64,000 nt of DNA from contig DASPHC010000082.1 of NCBI GenBank assembly GCA_035629865.1, positions 12,158 to 76,157 on the forward strand, read 5' to 3'. This document shows, in pieces, positions 43,004 to 52,003 of the stretch. A program made the translations under genes and the position numbers. The DNA comes from Thermoanaerobaculia bacterium. GTDB lineage: Bacteria; Acidobacteriota; Thermoanaerobaculia; Gp7-AA8. The notes under the pieces are model-generated. The model saw nothing but the letters and a program-made list of their open reading frames with translations. It was not told the DNA's origin and made no database searches. Each line of letters begins with the position of its first letter. The stretch's first letter is position 1.

Positions 43004-43058
43004 AGGGAGGACTGGCCACCTATTTCCGGGGAGCGGTACTCAGATGCGCGAGCCGGGC

Positions 43059-43475
43059 TCAGTCCTCAATCGCCTCGATGCCAAGTTGCCGAAGTCGCTC
43101 GAGGTGGTCATGCATGGCTTTGAGCTCTTCGGGGGAGTGTTCCTTCCAGTCCGTGATCTCGCCCGTGACCCGAAGTGGATTCCGAGAGCGGTAGGACTTC
43201 GTCGGATTGCCCGGGAACTTCTTGTCCGTCAGATTCGGATCATCTTCGATCGGGCCGGTTGGTTCCACGATGTAGATTCTGCCGCGTCCTTCTCCGAGGG
43301 CCAGCTCGGCCCCCCAGGTGGCGGCATTCAGGGTGGCGGTCAGATAGACGTAGGCCGCATGCTTTCTCTTGCCGTAATTCGAGTTGTAGCCGGGCCCGAT
43401 CAGGTCCCCCGGTTTCAGGTCGGCCTTCGTGCCATGGTAGAAACGCTGCGAATTGAGGTCGTCAGTGGCTGCCAT
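43059..43475 (-). CDS. arr: NAD+--rifampin ADP-ribosyltransferase
   Basis: 138 aa. FYHGTKADLKPGDLI, WGAELA, GRIYIVEPTGPIEDDPNLTDKKFPGNPTKSYRS..PLRV and the end IED align almost block for block with Mycolicibacterium smegmatis Arr. Confidence 0.95.
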   Translation of the reverse strand: MAATDDLNSQRFYHGTKADLKPGDLIGPGYNSNYGKRKHAAYVYLTATLNAATWGAELALGEGRGRIYIVEPTGPIEDDPNLTDKKFPGNPTKSYRSRNPLRVTGEITDWKEHSPEELKAMHDHLERLRQLGIEAIED

Positions 43476-43493
43476 CGGTTCACTGTTGTTGTC

Positions 43494-44642
43494 CTATCCC
43501 GACAAATCACGCAGTTCCTTCTCCACCATGGGCAACTCTGCCTGCAGCAGCCGGAACAGCGCGCTTCCCATCAGCTCCCGGTCGCCGGGGTACGTCGGTA
43601 CCACGTGCAACGGGAAGCGCTCGAAGATCTCGCGGTCACTGCGCTTACGGCGCTTCTGCACCTCATGACGCTTCCGGGCCAGGCTGGCCTCGTTCTTCGC
43701 GATCCAGTCGAAGGCACGGAACTGCATCGCCGTCAGCGGATCGTCGATCGCCACGAGCGGCTCCCGCAGGATGCGGCGGCGTCTCCGCTTCGGCGGTTTT
43801 CCGAAGGGACGCTGCAGCTCCTCGGCGCGCGGATTCCGCGTCGTTGCGTAGTGGTGAAGGCGGTGCAGATAGGTGAAGAAGATCGAGCCGCCGGCCTCGG
43901 CGAGGTTCTCGTAGTTCTTGATCGCGGTCTGCAGGGCGTTGCGCTCGAAGAGCACGCCCCGCTCGAAATCGCCGAGGCGGTTGCTGGTCGTGCTCGAAGC
44001 ATGGCGCACCAGCGCGCGCGGCTCGAACAGCACCCGGCCGCCGGAGATCCAGGTCCGCCAGCCGAAATCGACGTCCTCGAGATAGGCGAAGAAATCGTCG
44101 TCGAACGCGCCGAGCTCCATCAGCGCGGCGCGGCGCGAGATCATGTTCCCGCCGCAGGCGAAGAGGATCTCCTCCCCCGCGGCCGGCTCTTCGCGCGAGC
44201 CGAGCGGGTAGCGGAAGCCGTTCTGGAACGCGTGCCCATCGAACGTCAGTACCCCGCCGATGAAGTCGATCTTCGTCCCGGTCGGGTCGACGATCTTCCC
44301 GCCGATCGAGACCACGTCCTCCGGCGCATTCTCCATCGCCGCGACGAACGCCGCCAGCCATCCCGGCTCCGGCACCGCGTCGTTGTTGAGGAAGATCACG
44401 AAGTCGGCCGTCGAGCCCGCGAGCGCCGCCGCCAGCCCGCCGGTGAAGCCGCGGTTCTCCGGCAGGGCGAACAGCTTCACGTCCGGGTGCTTCGTCGTGA
44501 GCGCGGTGACGCTGCCGTCGGTCGAGCCGTTGTCGACGACGGTGATCGACGCCCCTGCCGTCAGTTGCGGCTCCAGCGCGGCGACGCATTCCAGCGTCTC
44601 CTTCCGGTTGTTCCAGTTCACGATGATGACTTCGGTGGTCAT
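43494..44642 (-). CDS. Family 2 glycosyltransferase
   Basis: ATG 44642 (ATGA overlap with the upstream stop) within ORF 43494..44975. VIIVNWNNRKETLECV, VVDNGSTDGS, NRGFTGG, FLNNDA, YLEDVDF. Confidence 0.85.
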   Translation of the reverse strand: MTTEVIIVNWNNRKETLECVAALEPQLTAGASITVVDNGSTDGSVTALTTKHPDVKLFALPENRGFTGGLAAALAGSTADFVIFLNNDAVPEPGWLAAFVAAMENAPEDVVSIGGKIVDPTGTKIDFIGGVLTFDGHAFQNGFRYPLGSREEPAAGEEILFACGGNMISRRAALMELGAFDDDFFAYLEDVDFGWRTWISGGRVLFEPRALVRHASSTTSNRLGDFERGVLFERNALQTAIKNYENLAEAGGSIFFTYLHRLHHYATTRNPRAEELQRPFGKPPKRRRRRILREPLVAIDDPLTAMQFRAFDWIAKNEASLARKRHEVQKRRKRSDREIFERFPLHVVPTYPGDRELMGSALFRLLQAELPMVEKELRDLSG

Positions 44643-45850
44643 GCGCGGAGCCGCCGTCTGATGCGGGCGAGGATCGACAGCGGCCGCTCCCGGATCGCCG
44701 GAGGCAGCGCGAAGATCTCCTTCGTCTTCTCGAACCGAGGCGCGCGGCAGAACTCCCGGAGCGGCATCAGCGTCCGGTCCCACTGGTGCTCGCGCACGAA
44801 CTGCTGGCCGCCGGTGACCATCCGCTCGTAACGCTCGCGGTCGCGGAGAAGGGCCACGATCTCCCCGGCGAACGTCTCGGGCGCGTCGGTGGCGATCACC
44901 GAGCCGGCGCCGTAGCGCACCAGAAGCTCGTCGGTCCCGGGCGCGGAGCTCGTGATGACCGGCAGGCCGCACCACAGATAGTCGTAAATGCGGGTGCGCA
45001 TCGAGAGGTCGGTCTCCAGCGAGCGGGGGAACGTCAGCAGCGCCAGGCCGAACTGCTCAAAGTACGCGGCCCGCTCGGTATACGCCGCCCACGGCTCGAA
45101 GCGGACGAAGTCATACCGCTTCCTGCGCACGTATTCGATCGCCTCGGCCAGCTTCCCCTGCGGCGTGATGTCGGGGTTCGGATGCCGGGTGAAGGTGAGC
45201 GTCACCTCCGGCATCGAGCGCTTCGCGATGGCCACCGCCTCGATCGCCGTGGCCGGCTCGTACCAGTCGTAGATGCCGCCGAAGAGGATGTCGTGGGCGC
45301 GGCGCGGCTTCGGGTTGCGCGGCGCCTGCACGCCGAACGGAGCGATGCGGATCAGCGATTCGAGGCGCGGATCGGCCTCGAACAGCATCGGGTTCAGGCG
45401 GCCCGCCGCGACCATCAGGCCGAGGTAGAAGAGACGCTGCGCCTCGGAGGCACAGAGGAAGAAATCGCCGCGCACGAGCGAGTTCATGACCGTGAGGTGG
45501 TCGTACTGAAACACCTCCGTGCCGCGCTCGGCGTAGTAATTCAGGTTCTCGATGATGAACGGGTCGTAAAGGTCGATCACCGTCGGGATCGGCCGCGCGT
45601 GCTGCCCGAAGGCGTTGATGATGTGCCCCTGCACGACCGCCACGTCGCTTTCGCTGCTGACGCGCGCGAAGGCCTCGCCGCCGATCGCCACCGCGCGGCA
45701 GCCTTCGATCGCGCCGGCGTCGGGGGAGAGCACCGTCACCTCGTGCCCGTCGCCGCGCAGCACGTGCGCCATCTCCACGAAACGGACGCCGACGCCGGCC
45801 GGATGGCCGTGCCCGAGAGGCTCGGGACAGACCAGCATCACCCGGCTCAT
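44639..45850 (-). CDS. GT-B fold (family 4-like) glycosyltransferase
   Basis: ATG 45850 (ATGA overlap) within ORF 44639..46888. 403 aa. MSRVMLVCPEPLGHG...; C-terminal half FEQFGLALLTFPRSLETDLSMRTRIYDYLWCGLPVITS resembles the EX7E region. Confidence 0.7.
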   Translation of the reverse strand: MSRVMLVCPEPLGHGHPAGVGVRFVEMAHVLRGDGHEVTVLSPDAGAIEGCRAVAIGGEAFARVSSESDVAVVQGHIINAFGQHARPIPTVIDLYDPFIIENLNYYAERGTEVFQYDHLTVMNSLVRGDFFLCASEAQRLFYLGLMVAAGRLNPMLFEADPRLESLIRIAPFGVQAPRNPKPRRAHDILFGGIYDWYEPATAIEAVAIAKRSMPEVTLTFTRHPNPDITPQGKLAEAIEYVRRKRYDFVRFEPWAAYTERAAYFEQFGLALLTFPRSLETDLSMRTRIYDYLWCGLPVITSSAPGTDELLVRYGAGSVIATDAPETFAGEIVALLRDRERYERMVTGGQQFVREHQWDRTLMPLREFCRAPRFEKTKEIFALPPAIRERPLSILARIRRRLRA

Positions 45851-47733
45851 CCGCGTCCTCGCGCCTTCTCCACCATCGTGTGGAGCTTCCAGGTTTTCGA
45901 GCTGTAGATCATCTCGAGCAGGCCGTTGAGGCGTGCAATCTCGACGCGCAGCCGTCCGATCTCCTCGTTGGCGGCGTTCGTCGCGGCCAGCAGGTCGCCG
46001 TTGTCGCGCGTGATCCGCTCGATCTCCGCACTCTGCAGCACATTCTCGTTCTCGAGCCGTGGCACCAGCAGTTGCAGCGCGCCGAGAGCACCTTCGAGCT
46101 CGCGCACGCGGAGCGCGTAGCCGTTGATCAGGTACTGCGCCTCGGCTCCCTCGCGCACCATCCGCTCCACGCCGAGGCGAGTCTCGTCGAGCTGACCCTT
46201 TGCTTCGACCACCGCGGAGTAGATCGTGTTGGTCCGGCGCTTCTGCCGCTCGAAGACGTTGGCGATGACGTTGTTGTCGATCAGCGCAGCGTGCTTGCTC
46301 CACACCTGCAGCTTCGCCTGCCGGAACGCGTCCGACCCTTCCGGCGTGGCAAGCACCACCGACGAGCCGCCCGCGAAGTGGCGGATCTCGCAGGTGATGC
46401 GCGGGATGCGCAGCAGCGAGCCGCTCTGCGACAGCCGGATCAGAAAGTCCCAGTCCTCGAAGAGATCGAACGCCGGATCGAAGCCGCCCACGTCGAGGAA
46501 CGTCTCCCGCGCCACCAGCAGTGCCGGCAGCGGGATGTAGTTGTCGAGGAGCAGCAGATCCGGATCGTAGTCCTGCGCGAAGAGCCGCATGCGCGAGCGG
46601 GTCTCGTACGCGCCGCTCTCCCCCGGCTGCAGGAACGCCGAGACCGCGTCGGTGTACCAGCCGGCGTGACCTCGCGCGTCCGATACCCGTGCGGCGCTGG
46701 CCAGCGTGGCCAGATGCTCCGGGTAATACAGATCGTCGTCGTCGAGAAAGGCGATGTACGCATTCGACGCGGCCCGGACCCCCGCATTCGCCGCCTCGGA
46801 GCGTCCGCGCGAGCTCTCGTGCTCGACCAGCTTCACGCCCTCGACGCCCGGCGACGCACCGCCGTCGTTCACGATCACGATCTCGCATGGATATCCGGTC
46901 GCACGGATCGACTCGATCGCCTCGCGCAGCAGCGCCGGCCGGTCCTTCGTCCGGACGATGACGCTGACCGGCAGCGTTTCCCGGGTGGTCTCGACCTCCC
47001 GGGCCGCACCGGTCAACCGCCGCAGCTCGCTCAGAGCCGTCGTCCGCAGCTTTGGCAGATCCAGGACGAAGAACGCCTCCGCGAACCTGGCCTCGGCCGG
47101 CAGCGTCATGGCGCGATAGGCGTTCAGCCCGCGCGCGTAGCCGGCGTAGTCGCGGACCGCGGTCTGCGACGCATGCTCCCCGATCGCCGCGTATTTGGCT
47201 TCCGCGACCTCGGTGATGTCGACGATGGCATTCGGCCGGAACGGCTGGCTGATCTCGTAGAACGCCACCCGCGCCAGCGCCAGGTCGGCAAAAAGCGTCT
47301 CGTCCTGCTGTACCAGCTCGCAGAAGACCCGGCAGAGGGCGAGGTGATCGGGGTGGATCTCGACCGGACTCGGGACCACGATCAGGTCGGGCCGAAAGGC
47401 GAGCAGCTCCTCCCGGAGCCGCGGTCCCGCCTCCTCGCCGAGGGCCCGGTCGGGGAAGCGGAGGAACTCCACCTCGGCGGTTCCCAGCCGTTCCACCCCC
47501 CGGCGCGATTCCTGCTCACGCAGGATAGCGGCCCCGGCTTCTGCGCCGTCGGTCGCAATCACGATTCGGACGGCGCGCCGCTCGCGCAGGTGCAGCGCGA
47601 CCAGTCCGCCGCAGCCGATTACTTCATCATCAGGATGGGGCGCCAGGACGAGCAGCCTTTCGCCACGGAGCAGCGCCGGCTCGTACGGAATCGCGTCCGC
47701 CTCAGTCAACACGGGGGCATTGTATTCGGTCAC
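45847..47733 (-). CDS. Fusion: PIG-L/LmbE-family deacetylase + GT2 glycosyltransferase + C-terminal coiled coil
   Basis: 628 aa. LVLAPHPDDEVIGCGG and HPDH (PIG-L). VSVIVRTKDRPALLREAIESI...VNDGG...FLDDDD (GT2). The last ~130 aa are heptad-like (LRVRELEGALGALQLL...EEIGRLRVEIARLNGLLEMI). Confidence 0.85.
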   Translation of the reverse strand: MTEYNAPVLTEADAIPYEPALLRGERLLVLAPHPDDEVIGCGGLVALHLRERRAVRIVIATDGAEAGAAILREQESRRGVERLGTAEVEFLRFPDRALGEEAGPRLREELLAFRPDLIVVPSPVEIHPDHLALCRVFCELVQQDETLFADLALARVAFYEISQPFRPNAIVDITEVAEAKYAAIGEHASQTAVRDYAGYARGLNAYRAMTLPAEARFAEAFFVLDLPKLRTTALSELRRLTGAAREVETTRETLPVSVIVRTKDRPALLREAIESIRATGYPCEIVIVNDGGASPGVEGVKLVEHESSRGRSEAANAGVRAASNAYIAFLDDDDLYYPEHLATLASAARVSDARGHAGWYTDAVSAFLQPGESGAYETRSRMRLFAQDYDPDLLLLDNYIPLPALLVARETFLDVGGFDPAFDLFEDWDFLIRLSQSGSLLRIPRITCEIRHFAGGSSVVLATPEGSDAFRQAKLQVWSKHAALIDNNVIANVFERQKRRTNTIYSAVVEAKGQLDETRLGVERMVREGAEAQYLINGYALRVRELEGALGALQLLVPRLENENVLQSAEIERITRDNGDLLAATNAANEEIGRLRVEIARLNGLLEMIYSSKTWKLHTMVEKARGRG

Positions 47734-47759
47734 AAGTACAATGCCGGTGGGTTCGCCGG

Positions 47760-48803
47760 ATGCCGGAAGAGGTCATGAGAGAGGAGCTGGCGCGTCTGCG
47801 CGCCGAGCACCGCCAGATTCGCGAACTGCTGGAGCTCATCCAGGAGCTGACGTCGCGTGCCGTTCGCAGCGAATCGGTAGGAGACCTCTTTTCCCGGGCC
47901 TTCCCGACCCTCTTCCGCTGCCTCCCGTTCGACGCCGGCCTGGCGGTCATGCTCGAACAGAACCTCGACCTCTACATCGTCACCAGGGAAGGCACCGAGG
48001 GGCTGGTCAACGACGCCCTGATCGGCAACATGCGCTCCCGGCTCGAACAGCTCATCCCGGTCTCGTTCGCGACCACCGAGGTTGTCGTCAAGTCCGAATC
48101 GCACGACCTGCCGGCCCGGGAAACGGCGGTTTCCGCGCTGCCGGAAGAGAGCCACGCCCTGCTCGAACAGGGAGGCCGCACCGCCGGCCTGCTGCTCCTC
48201 TACCGCGCCGAGCCGGAGTTCACCCCGGCCGAGCGGCAGGTACTGACGATCTTCTCGACCCAGGTCTCGATGCTGCTCGACACCATCCACGCCCGCGAGC
48301 GGATCGTGAACCTCGCCGACACCGACGACCTGACCGGCATCTGGAACAAACGCTACCTCCGCCGCCAATTGCCGCAGGAGATGGAGCGGGCCCGCACGTT
48401 CGGCGTGCCGCTCTCCCTGCTCCTGTTCGACATCGACGAGTTCAAGAGCATCAACGACAGCTTCGGCCACGTGATGGGCGACGTCGTCCTGTCGGAGCTC
48501 TGCGGCACGATCCGCGACACCCTGCGGCCGACCGACGTCCTGGCCCGCTTCGGCGGCGACGAGTTTGCGATCATCCTGCCGCACACCGACGCCGGCGGCG
48601 CGGCCCGGGTCGCCGAGCGCATCCTGGACCGCGTCCGCGCGCTGGTCATCCCCACCGACGAAGAGGCCGCGATCCAATGCTCCATCTCCATCGGGGTGGC
48701 CGAATTCCAGCGGGATGACCTGACGGCCAACGACCTCATTCGCCGCGCCGACGAGCACCTCTATCAATCGAAACGGCAGGGGAAAAACCGCTACACTGCC
48801 TGA
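47760..48803 (+). CDS. Diguanylate cyclase (GAF-like sensor + GGDEF)
   Basis: 347 aa. DDLTGIWNKRYL...LLLFDIDEFKSINDSFGH..GD...ARFGGDEFAIIL. Confidence 0.9.
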   Translation: MPEEVMREELARLRAEHRQIRELLELIQELTSRAVRSESVGDLFSRAFPTLFRCLPFDAGLAVMLEQNLDLYIVTREGTEGLVNDALIGNMRSRLEQLIPVSFATTEVVVKSESHDLPARETAVSALPEESHALLEQGGRTAGLLLLYRAEPEFTPAERQVLTIFSTQVSMLLDTIHARERIVNLADTDDLTGIWNKRYLRRQLPQEMERARTFGVPLSLLLFDIDEFKSINDSFGHVMGDVVLSELCGTIRDTLRPTDVLARFGGDEFAIILPHTDAGGAARVAERILDRVRALVIPTDEEAAIQCSISIGVAEFQRDDLTANDLIRRADEHLYQSKRQGKNRYTA

Positions 48804-48808
48804 ACAGC

Positions 48809-49543
48809 ATGGCCAGGCATTACCTCATCGCGAACTGGAAGATGAACCTCCCGCCGGAGGGGATCGAGCAGTACCTCGCCGGCGTCTCGGGCATCGACCC
48901 GCGCGACGTTACGATCGTCGTCGCGCCGCCGTATCCGTTCCTCCGCCACGTCGTCCACGCCCGCGGGGTCGAAGTGGCGGGACAGAACTGCAGCGACCAC
49001 GAGTCGGGGGCGTTCACCGGTGAAGTCTCCCCTCGGATGCTCCGCGAGTGCGGCGCCGATTACGTCATCCTCGGCCATTCCGAGCGCCGCAACCTCTTCC
49101 ACGAGACGGATGCTCTGATCGCCCGCAAACTGGCCCTGTCCATCCGGACCGGACTCTCCCCGGTGCTCTGCATCGGCGAAGACCTCCGGGTCCGCGACTC
49201 CGGCCAGGTGGCGCGCTTCCTGGCCGACCAGATCAAGGTCGCGGCCGTCGACGCGCTGGAGAGCGTCGAAGAGATCGTGATCGCCTACGAGCCCGTCTGG
49301 GCCATCGGTACGGGGCGGAACGCCAGCGGGGCCATGGTCGCCGAGACCCTGGTCGAGATCCGCCAGGCCCTGGAGCGCTTCTGGCCGGCCCGTGCGGCCG
49401 CCGCGCCGATCCTTTACGGCGGCAGCGTCACCCCCGACAACGTCTCCGACCTCGTCCAGCACGGCACCATCGACGGCTTTCTGGTGGGAGGAGCCAGCCT
49501 CGATGCGCGGAAGTTCATGGCCATCCACGCCGGGATGCGATGA
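48809..49543 (+). CDS. tpiA: Triosephosphate isomerase
   Basis: ANWKMN, GAFTGE, GHSERR, YEPVWAIGTG, YGGSV, GFLVGGASL. Confidence 0.95.
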   Translation: MARHYLIANWKMNLPPEGIEQYLAGVSGIDPRDVTIVVAPPYPFLRHVVHARGVEVAGQNCSDHESGAFTGEVSPRMLRECGADYVILGHSERRNLFHETDALIARKLALSIRTGLSPVLCIGEDLRVRDSGQVARFLADQIKVAAVDALESVEEIVIAYEPVWAIGTGRNASGAMVAETLVEIRQALERFWPARAAAAPILYGGSVTPDNVSDLVQHGTIDGFLVGGASLDARKFMAIHAGMR

Positions 49544-49616
49544 GACTTGACGCGGGCCCCCATTCCGGGAAGAATTCGCACCCCTGACCCGTTAGGGACA
49601 GCGCACCGGAGAACCC

Positions 49617-49919
49617 ATGATCGTTTTGCTACTCATCCTGCACGTCCTCATCAGCATCTTCCTGATCCTCGTCGTCCTCGTCCAGCAGGGCAAGGGGGCG
49701 GATCTGGCCGGAGCTTTTGGTGGCGGCGGGTCGCAGACAGCGTTCGGCGCGCGCGGCGCGACGACCCTCCTGCACAAGCTCACGACCGGGTTCTTCATCG
49801 CCTTCGTCGTCACCTCCATGACCCTCGCGGTCCTTCAGGCCCGCCCACGTGGATCGGTGCTGGCGGATACCCCGGCTGCCCCGACGGCCCCCGCGCCGGC
49901 GGCTCCGGCCAAGAAGTAA
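49617..49919 (+). CDS. secG: Preprotein translocase subunit SecG
   Basis: 100 aa. ILVVLVQQGKGADLAGAFGGGGSQTAFGARG is the SecG signature. Conserved tpiA-secG-tRNA-Leu neighbourhood. Confidence 0.85.
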   Translation: MIVLLLILHVLISIFLILVVLVQQGKGADLAGAFGGGGSQTAFGARGATTLLHKLTTGFFIAFVVTSMTLAVLQARPRGSVLADTPAAPTAPAPAAPAKK

Positions 49920-49944
49920 GCAGCACTCGTTCTTTGCAGCACCT

Positions 49945-50029
<85 letters not shown>

Positions 50030-50046
50030 TTCAGCACAAACGCAAA

Positions 50047-50075
50047 GCTCGCCGAAAGGCGGGCTTTTGCGTTTG
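50047..50075 (+). terminator. Hairpin plus T-rich tract after tRNA-Leu
   Basis: gctcgcc-gaaa-ggcgggc followed by ttttgcgtttg. The flanks extend the stem (gcacaaacgcaaa.../...tttgcgtttgtgc). Confidence 0.6.
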
Positions 50076-50171
50076 TGCCGCTGGTCGAACCTTGCGGAGG
50101 CATGCCGGGACCCGGATGAGCAGGATGCGTCGCATTGCGGCGGCGCATCTTGCTCGAAAGGCGCGCTACTG

Positions 50172-50846
50172 CTATTCGAACCGCGTGGAGCTCGTTTCGT
50201 TGTTGAAGCCGAAGTCGTCCAGGTCGCCGACGATCAGGCCGCCCTCGATGTACAGCCGGGACGGATTCTGGCAATTCGGGTCGGGGGTCATATCGAAGTC
50301 ACGGCACGAGTAAAGGACCGTCCAGTACCAATCGCACGCGGCGTAGACGCAGGAGATGCTGTTGTTCCAGCTGATGCTGTCGAGCTGCGTGTACTGGCCG
50401 GAAGACGGATACATGCTGAGCCAGGCGGCGTCGCCGCACCAGCGCGACTTCTCGAACCTGGTGTAGGTGTTGGTCCAGGAGCAGCCGCCCGGCCAGTTCG
50501 GCGTGACGTCGCGGTCGAGAGTGCCGTTGGTGGCGGCGCCGGACGTCCGTTTCTTCATGAACGCCTGCGCCACCTCGTGCGACGTAAAGAGGTGGAACGT
50601 ATTGTTCTTGTGGTCCTCCCTCGTAATGACCCAGGTCAGACCGACGTCCGGCAGGCGGGTAGCGGCCGGGAATTCGACGCCGTCGAAAATGAACGCCTTC
50701 TTTGGCGTGCGGTCGTATCGATCCTGCAGATCGGCGATCTTTCCGGCTTGGTCACGGCCGCCGCGGGCGCGCGGGGGATCATCGGCAAATGCGGAAATGG
50801 TGAACAGAAGAACAGTCACGACGACCAGAGCGGTGCGAGTTTTCAC
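50172..50846 (-). CDS. Secreted Cys-rich protein with beta/gamma-crystallin-like (peptidase-inhibitor I36-like) C-terminal motifs
   Basis: GTG 50846, 5 nt after AAGGAG, within ORF 50172..50882. Signal VKTRTALVVVTVLLFTISAFA. Greek-key-like ends QLDSISWNNSISCV and DLDDFGFNNETSSTRF. Confidence 0.6.
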   Translation of the reverse strand: MKTRTALVVVTVLLFTISAFADDPPRARGGRDQAGKIADLQDRYDRTPKKAFIFDGVEFPAATRLPDVGLTWVITREDHKNNTFHLFTSHEVAQAFMKKRTSGAATNGTLDRDVTPNWPGGCSWTNTYTRFEKSRWCGDAAWLSMYPSSGQYTQLDSISWNNSISCVYAACDWYWTVLYSCRDFDMTPDPNCQNPSRLYIEGGLIVGDLDDFGFNNETSSTRFE

Positions 50847-51099
50847 AGACTTCTCCTTATGTACAGTGAAGTTCGGCCGCATTCTTGCGCTTCCACCGGT
50901 GACAAAGCGGAGACGCGGTACGTTGAATATTGCACAACGCCGGCGCGGTGCGATGTGCCATGTCGTGCCATTAAGACGGCAATGCTGAGCCGCCTTGACA
51001 ACTGTCGGTTACGGGTCATACTTATGGCTTCCAATCACTGATGGCCAGACAACCTTGGACGGCGGACCAGTAGAAACGCGCGTCAAAGGGGGAAGTTCG

Positions 51100-51696
51100 A
51101 TGACTTTCTGTCCGCCATTGCAGCCGTCAGTGTTTGTAATCGCGCCGACTGACGTTTCAGTACAGGTTCGCGCCGCGAACGCGTCCGTTCTCCGCTTCGA
51201 GAGCTCCGAGGAATTCGAACAATGGAGCCACGGCTCCGCCGCAGGCGTTGCGGTTGCGGTCTATGCCGCGCTCGCGGAATGGAACATCGATCTTTCGACG
51301 TCCTGCTCGCTACGCACACAGGAGATCATTGCGCGATTGTGCGAGCGTCCGATCGTTCCCTCTGTAAAGGAACTGTTCGCGGTGTGCTCGTCGCGGCGCT
51401 CCTGCTACAGAGCGTGGACTGAAGACCTTCCGGTCATGCCGGCGGAATTCCTCACGCGCGTGCGATTGCTGCATTTACGCGCGGCGGCCGCCCACGACGG
51501 TCTCACGGCACCACGGCCGCCTGCGATCAGAAACCGCACCGGCCACGACACGAACAGGCGCATCGCGTTTCTCGTCGCGGCGATGCTGAAATTCCACAAG
51601 GGCAAAGCCGCGGTCAGCCCTTCGTCCTTCCCGGAAAAACGAAGCTCTGACGCCGACGAGCGGGCGGCCCGGAGCGGCGCGGTTACCGGTCGGTGA
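51100..51696 (+). CDS. Hypothetical protein, possibly with an AraC-like helix-turn-helix
   Basis: ATG 51100 (AAGGGGGA upstream) within ORF 50995..51696. The segment SVKELFAVCSSRRSCYRAWTEDLPVMPAEFLTRVRL resembles one AraC-type HTH. Weak. Confidence 0.35.
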   Translation: MTFCPPLQPSVFVIAPTDVSVQVRAANASVLRFESSEEFEQWSHGSAAGVAVAVYAALAEWNIDLSTSCSLRTQEIIARLCERPIVPSVKELFAVCSSRRSCYRAWTEDLPVMPAEFLTRVRLLHLRAAAAHDGLTAPRPPAIRNRTGHDTNRRIAFLVAAMLKFHKGKAAVSPSSFPEKRSSDADERAARSGAVTGR

Positions 51697-52003
51697 TCCG
51701 CCGGTCGTACTCCGCCGCGCGGTCCAGGAACGACTCGATCGACCGTGCCAGCGCCAGCTTCTCCGTCAGCTCCGGCGCCTTGTCGAAATCGGCGCGGAGG
51801 CGTTCGGCCTCGGCGAGGTAATAGTCGCGCAGGCCGACCTCGATCTTGAACTCGGGGTACTTTTCGGCGAGCGTGCGCATCCATTCCTCCACCTGGCGGC
51901 GGCGGTCTTTGTCACCCGTTCCCGCCTTCAGATCGTCGAGCAGCGTGGTGACGACGCCCGAGAGGATGGTCATGCGCTGTTGCTGCAATGCTTCATTTGA
52001 CAT
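51683..52003 (-). CDS. Hypothetical helical protein
   Basis: ORF 51683..52021 (ATG 52003 preferred). No recognisable motif. Confidence 0.4.
   Translation of the reverse strand: MSNEALQQQRMTILSGVVTTLLDDLKAGTGDKDRRRQVEEWMRTLAEKYPEFKIEVGLRDYYLAEAERLRADFDKAPELTEKLALARSIESFLDRAAEYDRRITDR

Noticed and set aside
42094-43194. 366-aa plus ORF and minus ORFs 42226..42621 and 42275..42772, reading heptads (LNQSFDS, VKALIQR, SQSFDSK) across array B
   Set aside because: The openness is a by-product of a stop-free 21-bp repeat. There is no RBS, many codons end in A/T unlike real genes here, and the plus ORF continues through REP/MITE sequence. I keep it as a caveat in the array B finding.
45880-47778. 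632-aa plus-strand ORF, plus 44786..45907 + and 43663..44589 -
   Set aside because: They are antisense or alternate frames of the LmbE-GT2, GT4 and GT2 genes, which carry diagnostic motifs and ATGA-coupled starts.
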